Shown piece after piece: positions 56,467-64,000 of a stretch of 64,000 nt of DNA. The stretch is from Candidatus Dojkabacteria bacterium (GTDB lineage: Bacteria > Patescibacteriota > Dojkabacteria > B142 > JAFGFJ01), in contig JAFGFJ010000001.1 of the NCBI GenBank assembly GCA_016931155.1, positions 7,050 through 71,049 of the forward strand, read 5' to 3'. Position 1 is the first letter of the stretch. Each line of letters begins with the position of its first letter. The notes under the pieces were generated by a model. That model ran no database searches and had not been told where the DNA came from. It worked only from the letters and a program-made list of their open reading frames with translations. The position numbers and the translations under genes were made by a program.

Positions 56467-57417
56467 ATGAAAATACTAGTGCTTTCTACAAGAAAATCTT
56501 CCTCATTCTCTAGCAAGCAAAATGAACTGCTTTATAGAAAATGGGCCGTATACGGTCAGTCCAAAGGCCATGTTATTGCTCTCTCAGGAATAGACTATTT
56601 TGATGAAGTTTCTTTTTCCAAAGCATTCAGTTGGGACAAAAACGGGAACAAAATAGAAGAAACAAATTTTGCTCCTGATGTTATTTATTTAAAAGTTGTG
56701 AGCAGTAAAATATTTGAGAATTACGGTAAACTAAGACTAATCACTTCAAAATTTCCTGCCGTAAATTCTTTGGATTTCGTAATAAGTCTCGAAAGCAAGG
56801 TAAATCAGAGCTTAATGTTTAAAGAATATTTGCCCGAGACTTTTATAGTTACCAATTCCCACCAAATTGAAGAGATATTAAATTCAAATGACAAAGACTA
56901 TTTGTTAAAACCTGATTTATCTACTGGAGGACAAAACATATTGTTCCTCAGAAAGAACAAATACCCTAGAGACATTAGCCATGCTTTTCTAGTCCAGGAA
57001 ATGATAGACAATACCAAAGGTACCCCAGGCATAACAGATGGAAGGCACGACATGCGCTTTATGTTTGTGGGTGGAGAGCTGAAATACGCATTGCTTCGAA
57101 AACCAAAGGGAGATTCATTTTTTGCAAATGCTGCAAAAGGGGGCTCAACTCAGATTCTTGATGCAAAAAAGATAGATAAAGACATCATGAAACTACCGCT
57201 TGAAGTAGCAAAAATAATTCTTTCAAAATGGGGAAAAGATAATATTTTTACAGTGGACGTGATTGTAGGTAAAGGCGAAAAGGTTTACCTTATGGAGGTA
57301 AATACGTTCCCTGGAATTTCCTATATTGACGAATATATGCAATTTACCATGTTCGACTCTTACTTTAATCTATTTTCAAAAATTATTGATTCATATGCAA
57401 ATAAAACCTCAAAGTGA
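56467..57417 (+). CDS. ATP-grasp domain protein (RimK/YheCD-like), third ligase paralog
   Basis: YLLKPDLSTGGQNILFL, FLVQEMID, HDMRFMFVGGELKYALLR, KVYLMEVNTFPGIS (the E-x-N Mg-binding motif). Confidence 0.6.
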   Translation: MKILVLSTRKSSSFSSKQNELLYRKWAVYGQSKGHVIALSGIDYFDEVSFSKAFSWDKNGNKIEETNFAPDVIYLKVVSSKIFENYGKLRLITSKFPAVNSLDFVISLESKVNQSLMFKEYLPETFIVTNSHQIEEILNSNDKDYLLKPDLSTGGQNILFLRKNKYPRDISHAFLVQEMIDNTKGTPGITDGRHDMRFMFVGGELKYALLRKPKGDSFFANAAKGGSTQILDAKKIDKDIMKLPLEVAKIILSKWGKDNIFTVDVIVGKGEKVYLMEVNTFPGISYIDEYMQFTMFDSYFNLFSKIIDSYANKTSK

Positions 57418-58396
57418 AAAATTCAATGCTGATCTTTATCTTTCTGCAGCAGAAGAGCTTGGACTAAAATCTGAAGTCCTAAATGAAAGAGTCGGCTTCT
57501 GCAGAATTTATACAGACAATAATGAGCTCTACATAAAGAACACAAGTCTCAGCTGTAATGATATGGTTGCAATGAGCTTTGCTATGGACAAAAATCTCTC
57601 CCTTGATATTCTAGGAAAAGCAGGAATACCTGTACCAAAACAAGAACTTTTCACAGCAGATGAAGAAGCTGAACCGGGAGACCCTATCAATAGAACTCCA
57701 ATACTCGAGTATGCCAAATCCCATTTCCCACTCGTGGTCAAACCACTGAAGGGGGCAGGAGGAAAAGGAGTTTTCATTGCAGTAAATTCACTTGATGAAG
57801 TAAATTTAGCACTCAATGAAATAGAAAGGCTAAAATACCAGGATGTACTTATTGAAAATTATGTCAAAGGTAAAGACTATCGCATACTAGTTGCCAACGG
57901 GAAAGTAGTTGATATTTTGGAGAGGATACAGGCTTTTGTAATAGGAAATGGGAAAAAGACAGTAAGCGAGTTGATAAAAGAAAAAAATAAAATTCGAGAA
58001 GCAATGAGAGTAAATCCTGTCAAAGTTGATGACAAACTACATAACCATTTGTCGAAACAGTCTAGGTCGGTATCAAATATACCGGCAGAAGGAGAAAAAG
58101 TAGTACTCAGACCAAATTGTAACTTTTCAGAAGGGGGAGAAACACACAGAATAGATATACAAATTATAAAGCAGGACGACATAGATATGTTTCTTAAGGT
58201 CGCAAAAGTAAGCCGGCTAGGACTTTGTGCAATAGATTATATTACCCCAGATATCACTAAATCTTATAAAGAGGTCCAGACAATAATAAATGAAATCAAC
58301 GGTAGTCCAAGCATGGACATACATTATTACGCAGATACGAAGGAAGATCTTCAGGTGATAAAGGATATTCTTATTTCTATTTTAAAGGTTAGCTGA
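57395..58396 (+). CDS. Standalone cyanophycin-synthetase-like ATP-grasp domain protein. The likely start is MQIKPQ at 57395; the annotated ORF starts at 57326 and overlaps the previous gene.
   Basis: Collinear with the CphA ATP-grasp domain: ILGKAGIPVPKQE, VVKPLKGAGGKGVFIAV, GKDYRILVANGKVVDILERIQAFVIGNGKKTVSELI, AEGEKVVLRPNCNFSEGGE, GLCAIDYI. There is no Mur-ligase-like C-terminal domain. Confidence 0.65.
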   Translation: MQIKPQSEKFNADLYLSAAEELGLKSEVLNERVGFCRIYTDNNELYIKNTSLSCNDMVAMSFAMDKNLSLDILGKAGIPVPKQELFTADEEAEPGDPINRTPILEYAKSHFPLVVKPLKGAGGKGVFIAVNSLDEVNLALNEIERLKYQDVLIENYVKGKDYRILVANGKVVDILERIQAFVIGNGKKTVSELIKEKNKIREAMRVNPVKVDDKLHNHLSKQSRSVSNIPAEGEKVVLRPNCNFSEGGETHRIDIQIIKQDDIDMFLKVAKVSRLGLCAIDYITPDITKSYKEVQTIINEINGSPSMDIHYYADTKEDLQVIKDILISILKVS

Positions 58397-60535
58397 TAAA
58401 TGCTCTGTAAGTGTTTTTAATATCTTAACTCTAACATCCTCTAAAATAATTTCACTTGGTCTCATCTCCGGTAGAACTGCTTTGGACCTATCAAAAAGTC
58501 CAACCTTGTTAAGCTCGGCAAGGGTTTGCAAACTAACTCCACCGATAGCCAATAAATCAGACATTCCTCTATTCGACAACTCTTCAGCAACAAGATTCTG
58601 TTCAATATATGCAAGGGGCTTACTATTGGTAGTATAAGAACTCCAGTTCCCAAATATCCCGGCTCCAGTAAATATTCTTCTAGTATGTTTTACTGCCTCT
58701 TTTACCCCTTCCATTTTTTTCTCTTCGGAAGGAGAAGCTATCCCTTCCATATAATTATCATAGAAGGCCTTTGCACAAGCTTTAAAACTTCTGCCTTTCG
58801 TTCTTTCTTGCACAGCCCTAAAAAGACCTTTACTAACTTTTGCCTCTTGCCCTAGGTATCTTTTCTTAGCTTCTCTTTCCCATGCTATTGCCCCTGCCTC
58901 AGCATTGACTGAACTCCTATCGGTTCCAATATTTTCTGTAATTGCTAAACCAATCCTTGCTTTATTCTCGTGTTGCAGGATATGCATAGTTTCATGATCA
59001 GAAATTGCTATTACTCCTGAAGGTGCAGTTGAGCCAAGTTTCCTAATCTCTCCAGAAGGAATAAAAATTGTCCCTTTTCTGCTATTAACAGAAATTATTG
59101 TTACCCTAGGACTAATAATAACCTGCCACTTGTTATCATCTGCTCTTCCATTCCTATCTGAACTATAGACTGAAGTTGCATCAGTTTCAGGGTCAATTTC
59201 AATAGTTTCATTGGAATCAGTGTTATATTGAGTTTGGGTACTGCTTAAAAGTTCATATCTTCTCAAAACCTTCTTCCAAAGTCCCTCTATTTCCGATGCA
59301 TTCATTTGTATATTTACAATTATTTCTCTCAATTTCGCTGCTGACTCATCACCATATCTCCGCACAAGACTCAGCAGTGACCCGTTCCCCAAAACTTCGG
59401 TCGGAATTAATTCTTTCAAGACAAAAACTTCCTTGGTTAGGTTAGACAACCCCTCAGGAGAAAGAGTATTAGAGAGTTCAGAGTATAAACTACTTGAGAA
59501 CTCACTAGTGTTTTCTCCATCACGGTGAGCAATAGCCAATAGAGTTTGATTCAACGGAGGAATTTCTGTTACCTGACTTGCAGATTTTTTCCTCTTAGAT
59601 AATTCTACAGCTTCATTACTTATTGGCCCATAATTCCCACTGGAAAGTGCCTCTCCTGCTCCTTCTTTAAATCTGTCTAACCGGGCAAGTTTTCTAAGAG
59701 TGGGTGTTTGAGTTTTTGTTTCATCTATGCCTATACCAAAAAAACCTTCTTTCATTACATCAAACAACTCTTGATCTCTCCACCCAGAAGCTTGTTGCTG
59801 TCTTTCAAAATTGATAAATAGTGGGTAAAGATTTGCTATCATTTCATTAGTCCTAAGTGCATGAATGTCTAACAAGGCAAGTTTCGCTTTTGATAAATCC
59901 GAACCATCTTTCTTCAATTCCGCTCTGTATATTTTGTGATAGCGCTTAAGAGCACGGAGCTTTTCAACTTTTTCTGCCAGATTCAATGGATTCTTTATTA
60001 CAACAATTTTGGTTGGATTTCTAATTGATCTTACATCTGAGAAACCACGCCTACGAAAGGCTTCAGTAAACTGATCACCCATGTATTTAGAACTGGCACC
60101 TGAGATTTTGTCTACAACTTGCGTTTCTACCTTTGAATAATCGAAAGAACTCAAAAAAGAAATTATCGCTTCCCGGTCATTAACTTCAGGATCCAATCCT
60201 AAATTATCAACTAAAAGTTTCCTTCCTTCATCTTTCAGAAAATAATCTACATAAAGTTCCACTAAATTTATCTTTATCTTCCATATATGCTCAAGTCCTT
60301 CTGCTGTTACTATCTCCACAACCTCACCCTGATCATTTCTTCTTTCAATCTGAAGTGTTTCTGACCTGGTTAAATTATCTTCAAAACTGAGTGCTTCTGC
60401 TCTTTGATCCGCTGACAACTGTATTTCAGGAGGTCCTGCAATAGCTTCCACATAGGCGCCTATCTTAACCCCTGCTCTTTCCGGAAAAGGGTACCTGGAA
60501 GATTCTGCGATGCCTGATTCTCTTTCCTGTGTCAT
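58382..60535 (-). CDS. Large (717 aa) putative zinc metallopeptidase with an HExxH motif, convergent on the ATP-grasp island and co-oriented with the upstream mreB paralog
   Basis: The motif ISDHETMHILQHEN (H-E-x-x-H) sits in the C-terminal third, followed by Glu-containing segments and a large alpha-helical N-terminal region. No other family could be assigned by eye. Confidence 0.45.
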   Translation of the reverse strand: MTQERESGIAESSRYPFPERAGVKIGAYVEAIAGPPEIQLSADQRAEALSFEDNLTRSETLQIERRNDQGEVVEIVTAEGLEHIWKIKINLVELYVDYFLKDEGRKLLVDNLGLDPEVNDREAIISFLSSFDYSKVETQVVDKISGASSKYMGDQFTEAFRRRGFSDVRSIRNPTKIVVIKNPLNLAEKVEKLRALKRYHKIYRAELKKDGSDLSKAKLALLDIHALRTNEMIANLYPLFINFERQQQASGWRDQELFDVMKEGFFGIGIDETKTQTPTLRKLARLDRFKEGAGEALSSGNYGPISNEAVELSKRKKSASQVTEIPPLNQTLLAIAHRDGENTSEFSSSLYSELSNTLSPEGLSNLTKEVFVLKELIPTEVLGNGSLLSLVRRYGDESAAKLREIIVNIQMNASEIEGLWKKVLRRYELLSSTQTQYNTDSNETIEIDPETDATSVYSSDRNGRADDNKWQVIISPRVTIISVNSRKGTIFIPSGEIRKLGSTAPSGVIAISDHETMHILQHENKARIGLAITENIGTDRSSVNAEAGAIAWEREAKKRYLGQEAKVSKGLFRAVQERTKGRSFKACAKAFYDNYMEGIASPSEEKKMEGVKEAVKHTRRIFTGAGIFGNWSSYTTNSKPLAYIEQNLVAEELSNRGMSDLLAIGGVSLQTLAELNKVGLFDRSKAVLPEMRPSEIILEDVRVKILKTLTEHLSANL

Positions 60536-60562
60536 AATATTTTTTAGAATTCTAAGAGGAAA

Positions 60563-61567
60563 CTAGCTCACCCTCAAACTCCTCTTTATAATTTCAAGAT
60601 TCTGTATTGCTTCGGCAATTCCTTTTATAACAGCATAAATCGGCTCATCGGCAACATAAACAGGAACACCCGTTGCCCTTGTAAATAGTTCATCCATCCC
60701 CCTTAACTGTGCAGTACCTCCTGTCAACACAATTCCACGATCGATAATATCTGAAGCAAGCTCTGGAGGAGTATCTTCAAGAACCTTTTTTATCGACCCG
60801 ATAATCTGATTGAGAGTAAGCTTTATGCCTTCGGCGATATCATTTGAATTGACAACAATTGAGGTTGGAAGCCCTGATGATGCATCACGTCCTTTCACCT
60901 CCATTTCAAGCGGCTTTTCCATATTCATAGCACTTCCTATCTGAATTTTTGCTTTCTCTGCCATTTGCTCACCTATCACAAGATTGAGTTTCTTCCTCAC
61001 CGTATTCATAATTGCCTCATTCACCGCATCCCCTGCAACACGCTTCGAATCAAATCTCACAATACCGTTCATAGAAATAACAGCAATTTCTGAAGTCCCT
61101 CCCCCCATATTTACTATCATGTTCCCGGAAGATGTGCTTATTGGCATTCTTGCTCCAATTGCCGCAGCGATCGACTCCGGGATAAGATAAACCCTGCCTG
61201 CCCCGGCTGAGGATACCGCTTCTATTACAGCTCTTTCCTCCACAGAAGTAACACCAGAAGGAACACTAATCATAACCTCGGGTTTGAAAAGCCTTGATCT
61301 TCCAATAGCTCTATCAAGAAAAGCCTTAAGAAGAGCCTCAGTGAGCTTATAACTTGCAATAACTCCTTGTCTCAAAGGTCTTCTCGCAACAATACCTGTA
61401 GGCACTTTCCCCAGCATTTCCCTCGCCTCCTTCCCAACTGCAAGAATTTTCTTTTCTTCGACAGAAACAGTTACAACAGTAGGCTCTTCGATAACAATTC
61501 CTTTACCCTCAACCCAGACAATTGAGTTTGCCGTACCAAGGTCAATTCCAATTTTTTTGCCCGCCAT
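60563..61567 (-). CDS. Second MreB/Mbl-like actin homolog
   Basis: IGIDLGTANSIVWV, VPSGVTSVEERAVIEA, MIVNMGGGTSEIAVIS, VLTGGTAQLRGMD. Full actin-fold phosphate and adenosine motifs; ~45% identical by eye to the mreB at 43824-44879. Confidence 0.8.
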   Translation of the reverse strand: MAGKKIGIDLGTANSIVWVEGKGIVIEEPTVVTVSVEEKKILAVGKEAREMLGKVPTGIVARRPLRQGVIASYKLTEALLKAFLDRAIGRSRLFKPEVMISVPSGVTSVEERAVIEAVSSAGAGRVYLIPESIAAAIGARMPISTSSGNMIVNMGGGTSEIAVISMNGIVRFDSKRVAGDAVNEAIMNTVRKKLNLVIGEQMAEKAKIQIGSAMNMEKPLEMEVKGRDASSGLPTSIVVNSNDIAEGIKLTLNQIIGSIKKVLEDTPPELASDIIDRGIVLTGGTAQLRGMDELFTRATGVPVYVADEPIYAVIKGIAEAIQNLEIIKRSLRVS

Positions 61568-61627
61568 AACTCGAATTAATAATTATTTTAATTTCTGATA
61601 TACTCTCACTACCGTATATTATCTAAC

Positions 61628-63094
61628 ATGAGCAAGTTTAGGACAATAGTAATTGTTGTGGGAGTAGTTTTGATTTTCACCCTCATCGCAGCTCTGTCAA
61701 TCATCATAGCACAAGGAGGAAAACTCACTCCGGATAGAGGTTTTGTTAAAACGGGAATCATCCGTATAACATCTAAACCTCAAGATGTGAAAGTATATGT
61801 AGATGGAGAAGAAAAGTCGCTCCAGGATAAACAGATTGGAGGACTTGAAGACAGAGAGTATCTCATAACAATCTCCAAGGAAGGTTATTCCACATGGGAA
61901 AGAACCGTCAAGGTCGAACCAGGGATTGTAATAGAAATCTTTGCACAACTTTTTCCCACTTCTCTAAATCTCACCGAAGTCACTAAAACAAATATCGATA
62001 AAGTTTTTTATTCTAAAGATGGACAGTACGCGGTTTACGTGGTCAAAGATTCTGAGATTGGCGGAGACCTGGGAATATGGAAGCTCCGTCTGTCCAAGCC
62101 GACAATTACCATCGTGGGAAACAATAAGCCGATAAAGCTCTCAAATATCACTAGTACAGTCAGAGAAATAGTGAATGCAGATTACGAAATTGAACTGTCA
62201 CCGGACAACCGATTTATTATGATACACAATACTGACACAAATGAGTATTTTATTCTTAATGCTGAACTTTATAACGAGCCAGAAGAAAGTCTCAACAAAG
62301 ATCTCGGTTTTGTGCCGGACAGGGTTGACTGGTTTACTGATTCTACATCGCTTGTTGTAGCAAGGGATAGTACACTTTTTGAATACAATCTTCGAGAGGA
62401 AACCTCCTCACTGATTTCGCTCACTCCAGGCAAGAGACCTGTTTACTCAGTAAACGAAAGTAGAATAATTTTATACAATCACAACAAAAAAACCTTTGAG
62501 TTTTACGATGGAGAAAAAAGCAAGAGCTTGATTGTAGAGAACATTCATTTGCCAGTTGATATTGAGCAGATTCAGGTTTCCGAACTCACTCCAAACCTGT
62601 TAATCTTCGAAACAAACAATACATTTTATTATCTGAACGTAGAGAAAAGCTTTATTAGTGAGATCGGAAAAGATCTGGAATTTGTAGAACTTTCAAGGAG
62701 CGGAAAATCTGCTCTTTTCCTGAAAGAAAAAACCTTGATAAGCTATGAAGTTCGAGAAATTATCAGTGAAAGAAGATTTGAGTCAAAAATTTTTGAAATC
62801 CTGAAGAATTTTGACAAGTCAGTCCAAAAAGCCCGGTGGAGCACTGACTCCGAACACATCGTCATTTCAGGAACAAGAGATAAACTCAAAACAATAGCAA
62901 TATTCGACAAGGAGGGAGAAAATATGAATGAGCTGATAGCAGATAAAAGATTCCAGAACGATTTCTTCAAAGTACCCGCCAATTCTTCTTCGTTGTTTCT
63001 TCTTCTAAATGATGAAGTCAAAGAAAATGGAGAGGATCACATTTTGAGAACAAACCTTTATGAGCTCGACCTTGAAAAACCCTCTGTGAAATAA
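61628..63094 (+). CDS. Membrane-anchored PEGA-domain protein with a C-terminal beta-propeller-like region
   Basis: N-terminal TM (IVIVVGVVLIFTLIAALSIIIA). PEGA-like segment (GIIRITSKPQDVKVYVDGEEKS...YLITISKEGYSTWERTVKVEPG). The rest is repetitive and beta-rich. Confidence 0.5.
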   Translation: MSKFRTIVIVVGVVLIFTLIAALSIIIAQGGKLTPDRGFVKTGIIRITSKPQDVKVYVDGEEKSLQDKQIGGLEDREYLITISKEGYSTWERTVKVEPGIVIEIFAQLFPTSLNLTEVTKTNIDKVFYSKDGQYAVYVVKDSEIGGDLGIWKLRLSKPTITIVGNNKPIKLSNITSTVREIVNADYEIELSPDNRFIMIHNTDTNEYFILNAELYNEPEESLNKDLGFVPDRVDWFTDSTSLVVARDSTLFEYNLREETSSLISLTPGKRPVYSVNESRIILYNHNKKTFEFYDGEKSKSLIVENIHLPVDIEQIQVSELTPNLLIFETNNTFYYLNVEKSFISEIGKDLEFVELSRSGKSALFLKEKTLISYEVREIISERRFESKIFEILKNFDKSVQKARWSTDSEHIVISGTRDKLKTIAIFDKEGENMNELIADKRFQNDFFKVPANSSSLFLLLNDEVKENGEDHILRTNLYELDLEKPSVK

Positions 63095-63261
63095 TAGATC
63101 AGAAGCAAAATATAGATATACTGATTAACCTCGTTTTTGTCCTCGAGAGGTCATTGAAAATCTACGGGCTTCACTCTTAGACTTAATTCTGTTATACCGA
63201 ATCAGAGAAGATCACACAGCAGAGGTAGAATTTATATAACCTGTCATTCAGCCTGGATGTG

Positions 63262-63334
63262 TGCGCTTGGCGGGACTTGAACCCACAACCTACACGTTAG
63301 GAGTGTGTTGCTCTATCCATTGAGCTACAAGCGC
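63262..63334 (-). tRNA. tRNA-Arg (anticodon CCU); no encoded CCA
   Basis: Manual fold: acceptor GCGCTTG/CAAGCGC, D-arm GCTC/GAGC, anticodon stem ACACA/CGTGT (4 of 5 bp), loop CTCCTAA, T-arm GTGGG-TTCAAGT-CCCGC. Confidence 0.65.
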
Positions 63335-63536
63335 ACACATCCAGGCTTGATTTTTTACAAGAAAAATCTGTACTAAACTGATATTCATTTACTTGTTCAA
63401 GATACCATAGACAAAACAGCTTTCCTCTCGATTGCAATAAAAAGTCCCAACAAAATTGACCAGCCTGGCTCAATTCTACCATGAAAACAGATCAATTTAG
63501 GAATATTGCGATCGAGTTTCTCAAACCGGAGATTTC

Positions 63537-64000
63537 TTATTTTATTCTGCCTATCTTTCCAGCAAAGCCCATGGCTTTATGATAATTAACACTATATTCA
63601 TCAAAAATTTCACTCTTTTCAAACCAAAGGGCAATCTCGAATTCAGCCTCCTCTGGAGTACCCGAAGCATGCACAAGGTTATAAAATGGTCGCATAAAAT
63701 CATTTGCCAAATCGGCATTGTCAGAGGAATAATCTCCTCTAATTGTACCTGGAAGTGCAACTGAGGGATTTGTCTCACCTACAAGTTTTCTTCCTATCTT
63801 AACAGCGCCAGGACCTTCAAAGATCATCGCAAGCACTGGTCCTGCAGTAAGATACTCAACATTCCACTGCTTAATCATTTTGCCTATTTCAATTGCCTTA
63901 TCAGTTCCGAGTCTTTCTTTTGGGTCAATACCCTTCTCTTTGTATTCAGCCAGTGTTCTGTTTCCAACTTTCTCAAGCCATTCTTTTGTCGCAGGATAGT
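63537..64000 (-). CDS. ndk: Nucleoside diphosphate kinase; the 5' end of the gene runs past the window end
   Basis: GPVLAMIFEGPGAVKIGRKLVGETNPSVALPGTIRGDY...NLVHASGTPEEAEFEIALWF matches the NDK core (NIIHGSD/EIALWF). The frame is still open at position 64000. Confidence 0.8.
   Translation of the reverse strand, partial: YPATKEWLEKVGNRTLAEYKEKGIDPKERLGTDKAIEIGKMIKQWNVEYLTAGPVLAMIFEGPGAVKIGRKLVGETNPSVALPGTIRGDYSSDNADLANDFMRPFYNLVHASGTPEEAEFEIALWFEKSEIFDEYSVNYHKAMGFAGKIGRIK

Noticed and set aside
63297-63482. 61-aa ORF
   Set aside because: It overlaps the tRNA-Arg gene.
1-64000. Mobile elements (IS/transposase/integrase), prophage genes, rRNA operons
   Set aside because: No transposase or integrase-like ORFs, no terminal inverted repeats flanking any island, and no rRNA-like conserved stretches were found by eye.

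Overview
This is an AT-rich bacterial chromosomal segment that looks like a CPR/Patescibacteria genome. Supporting signs: a type-III RuBisCO-like gene inside an archaeal-type AMP-salvage trio (AMP/thymidine phosphorylase, RbcL-like, ribose-1,5-bisphosphate isomerase); lysine-rich extensions on ribosomal proteins and NusG; and no pyrH between tsf and frr. The genetic code is standard: prfA ends in TGA, and tRNA-Trp carries a CCA anticodon.

Most of the window is conserved housekeeping:
- dnaB (3' end runs off the window)
- rpmE-prfA-prmC
- HtrA-like and CtpA proteases
- rpsF-ssb-rpsR
- ychF
- a beta-CASP RNase, cca, cysS, galU
- dnaX-ybaB-recR
- rpsU, rseP, frr-tsf-rpsB
- topA, dprA
- mreBCD-mrdA
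- rpmB, a Thr-Tyr-Thr tRNA cluster
- rpmG, tRNA-Trp, secE-nusG-rplKA ... rplJL
- ndk (5' end runs off the window)

Accessory or unusual content:
1. The main candidate system is a 7 kb island directly after the rplL terminator, where rpoB would normally be expected. It encodes a 7TM membrane protein, then four consecutive ATP-grasp ligases: (a) an ATP-grasp fused to a retropepsin-like DTGA peptidase domain, (b) a RimK-like ligase, (c) a RimK/YheCD-like ligase, and (d) a standalone cyanophycin-synthetase-like ATP-grasp domain. A convergent operon beside it encodes a second MreB paralog and a 717-aa HExxH putative metallopeptidase. This looks like an expanded peptide-ligase / peptide-tagging or poly-amino-acid system, and is likely novel.
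2. The RbcL homolog has Arg in place of the universally conserved carbamylated Lys (KDDE becomes RDDE), although the other catalytic residues are intact.
3. There is a defence-island remnant: an AbiEii-like nucleotidyltransferase pair next to an N-terminally truncated DNA cytosine-5 methyltransferase.
4. A GC-rich gene encodes a Cys-rich surface protein with an (SP)10 repeat and a sortase-signal-like C-terminus.
5. A 204-aa gene of unknown function lies antisense between rplA and rplJ; a strong terminator/attenuator hairpin sits in the rplJ leader.
6. A degenerate pyrimidine-rich intergenic repeat array lies upstream of cysS.
7. A candidate PadR operator palindrome sits upstream of the PadR-family gene.

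No CRISPR array, rRNA genes, transposase or integrase were found.
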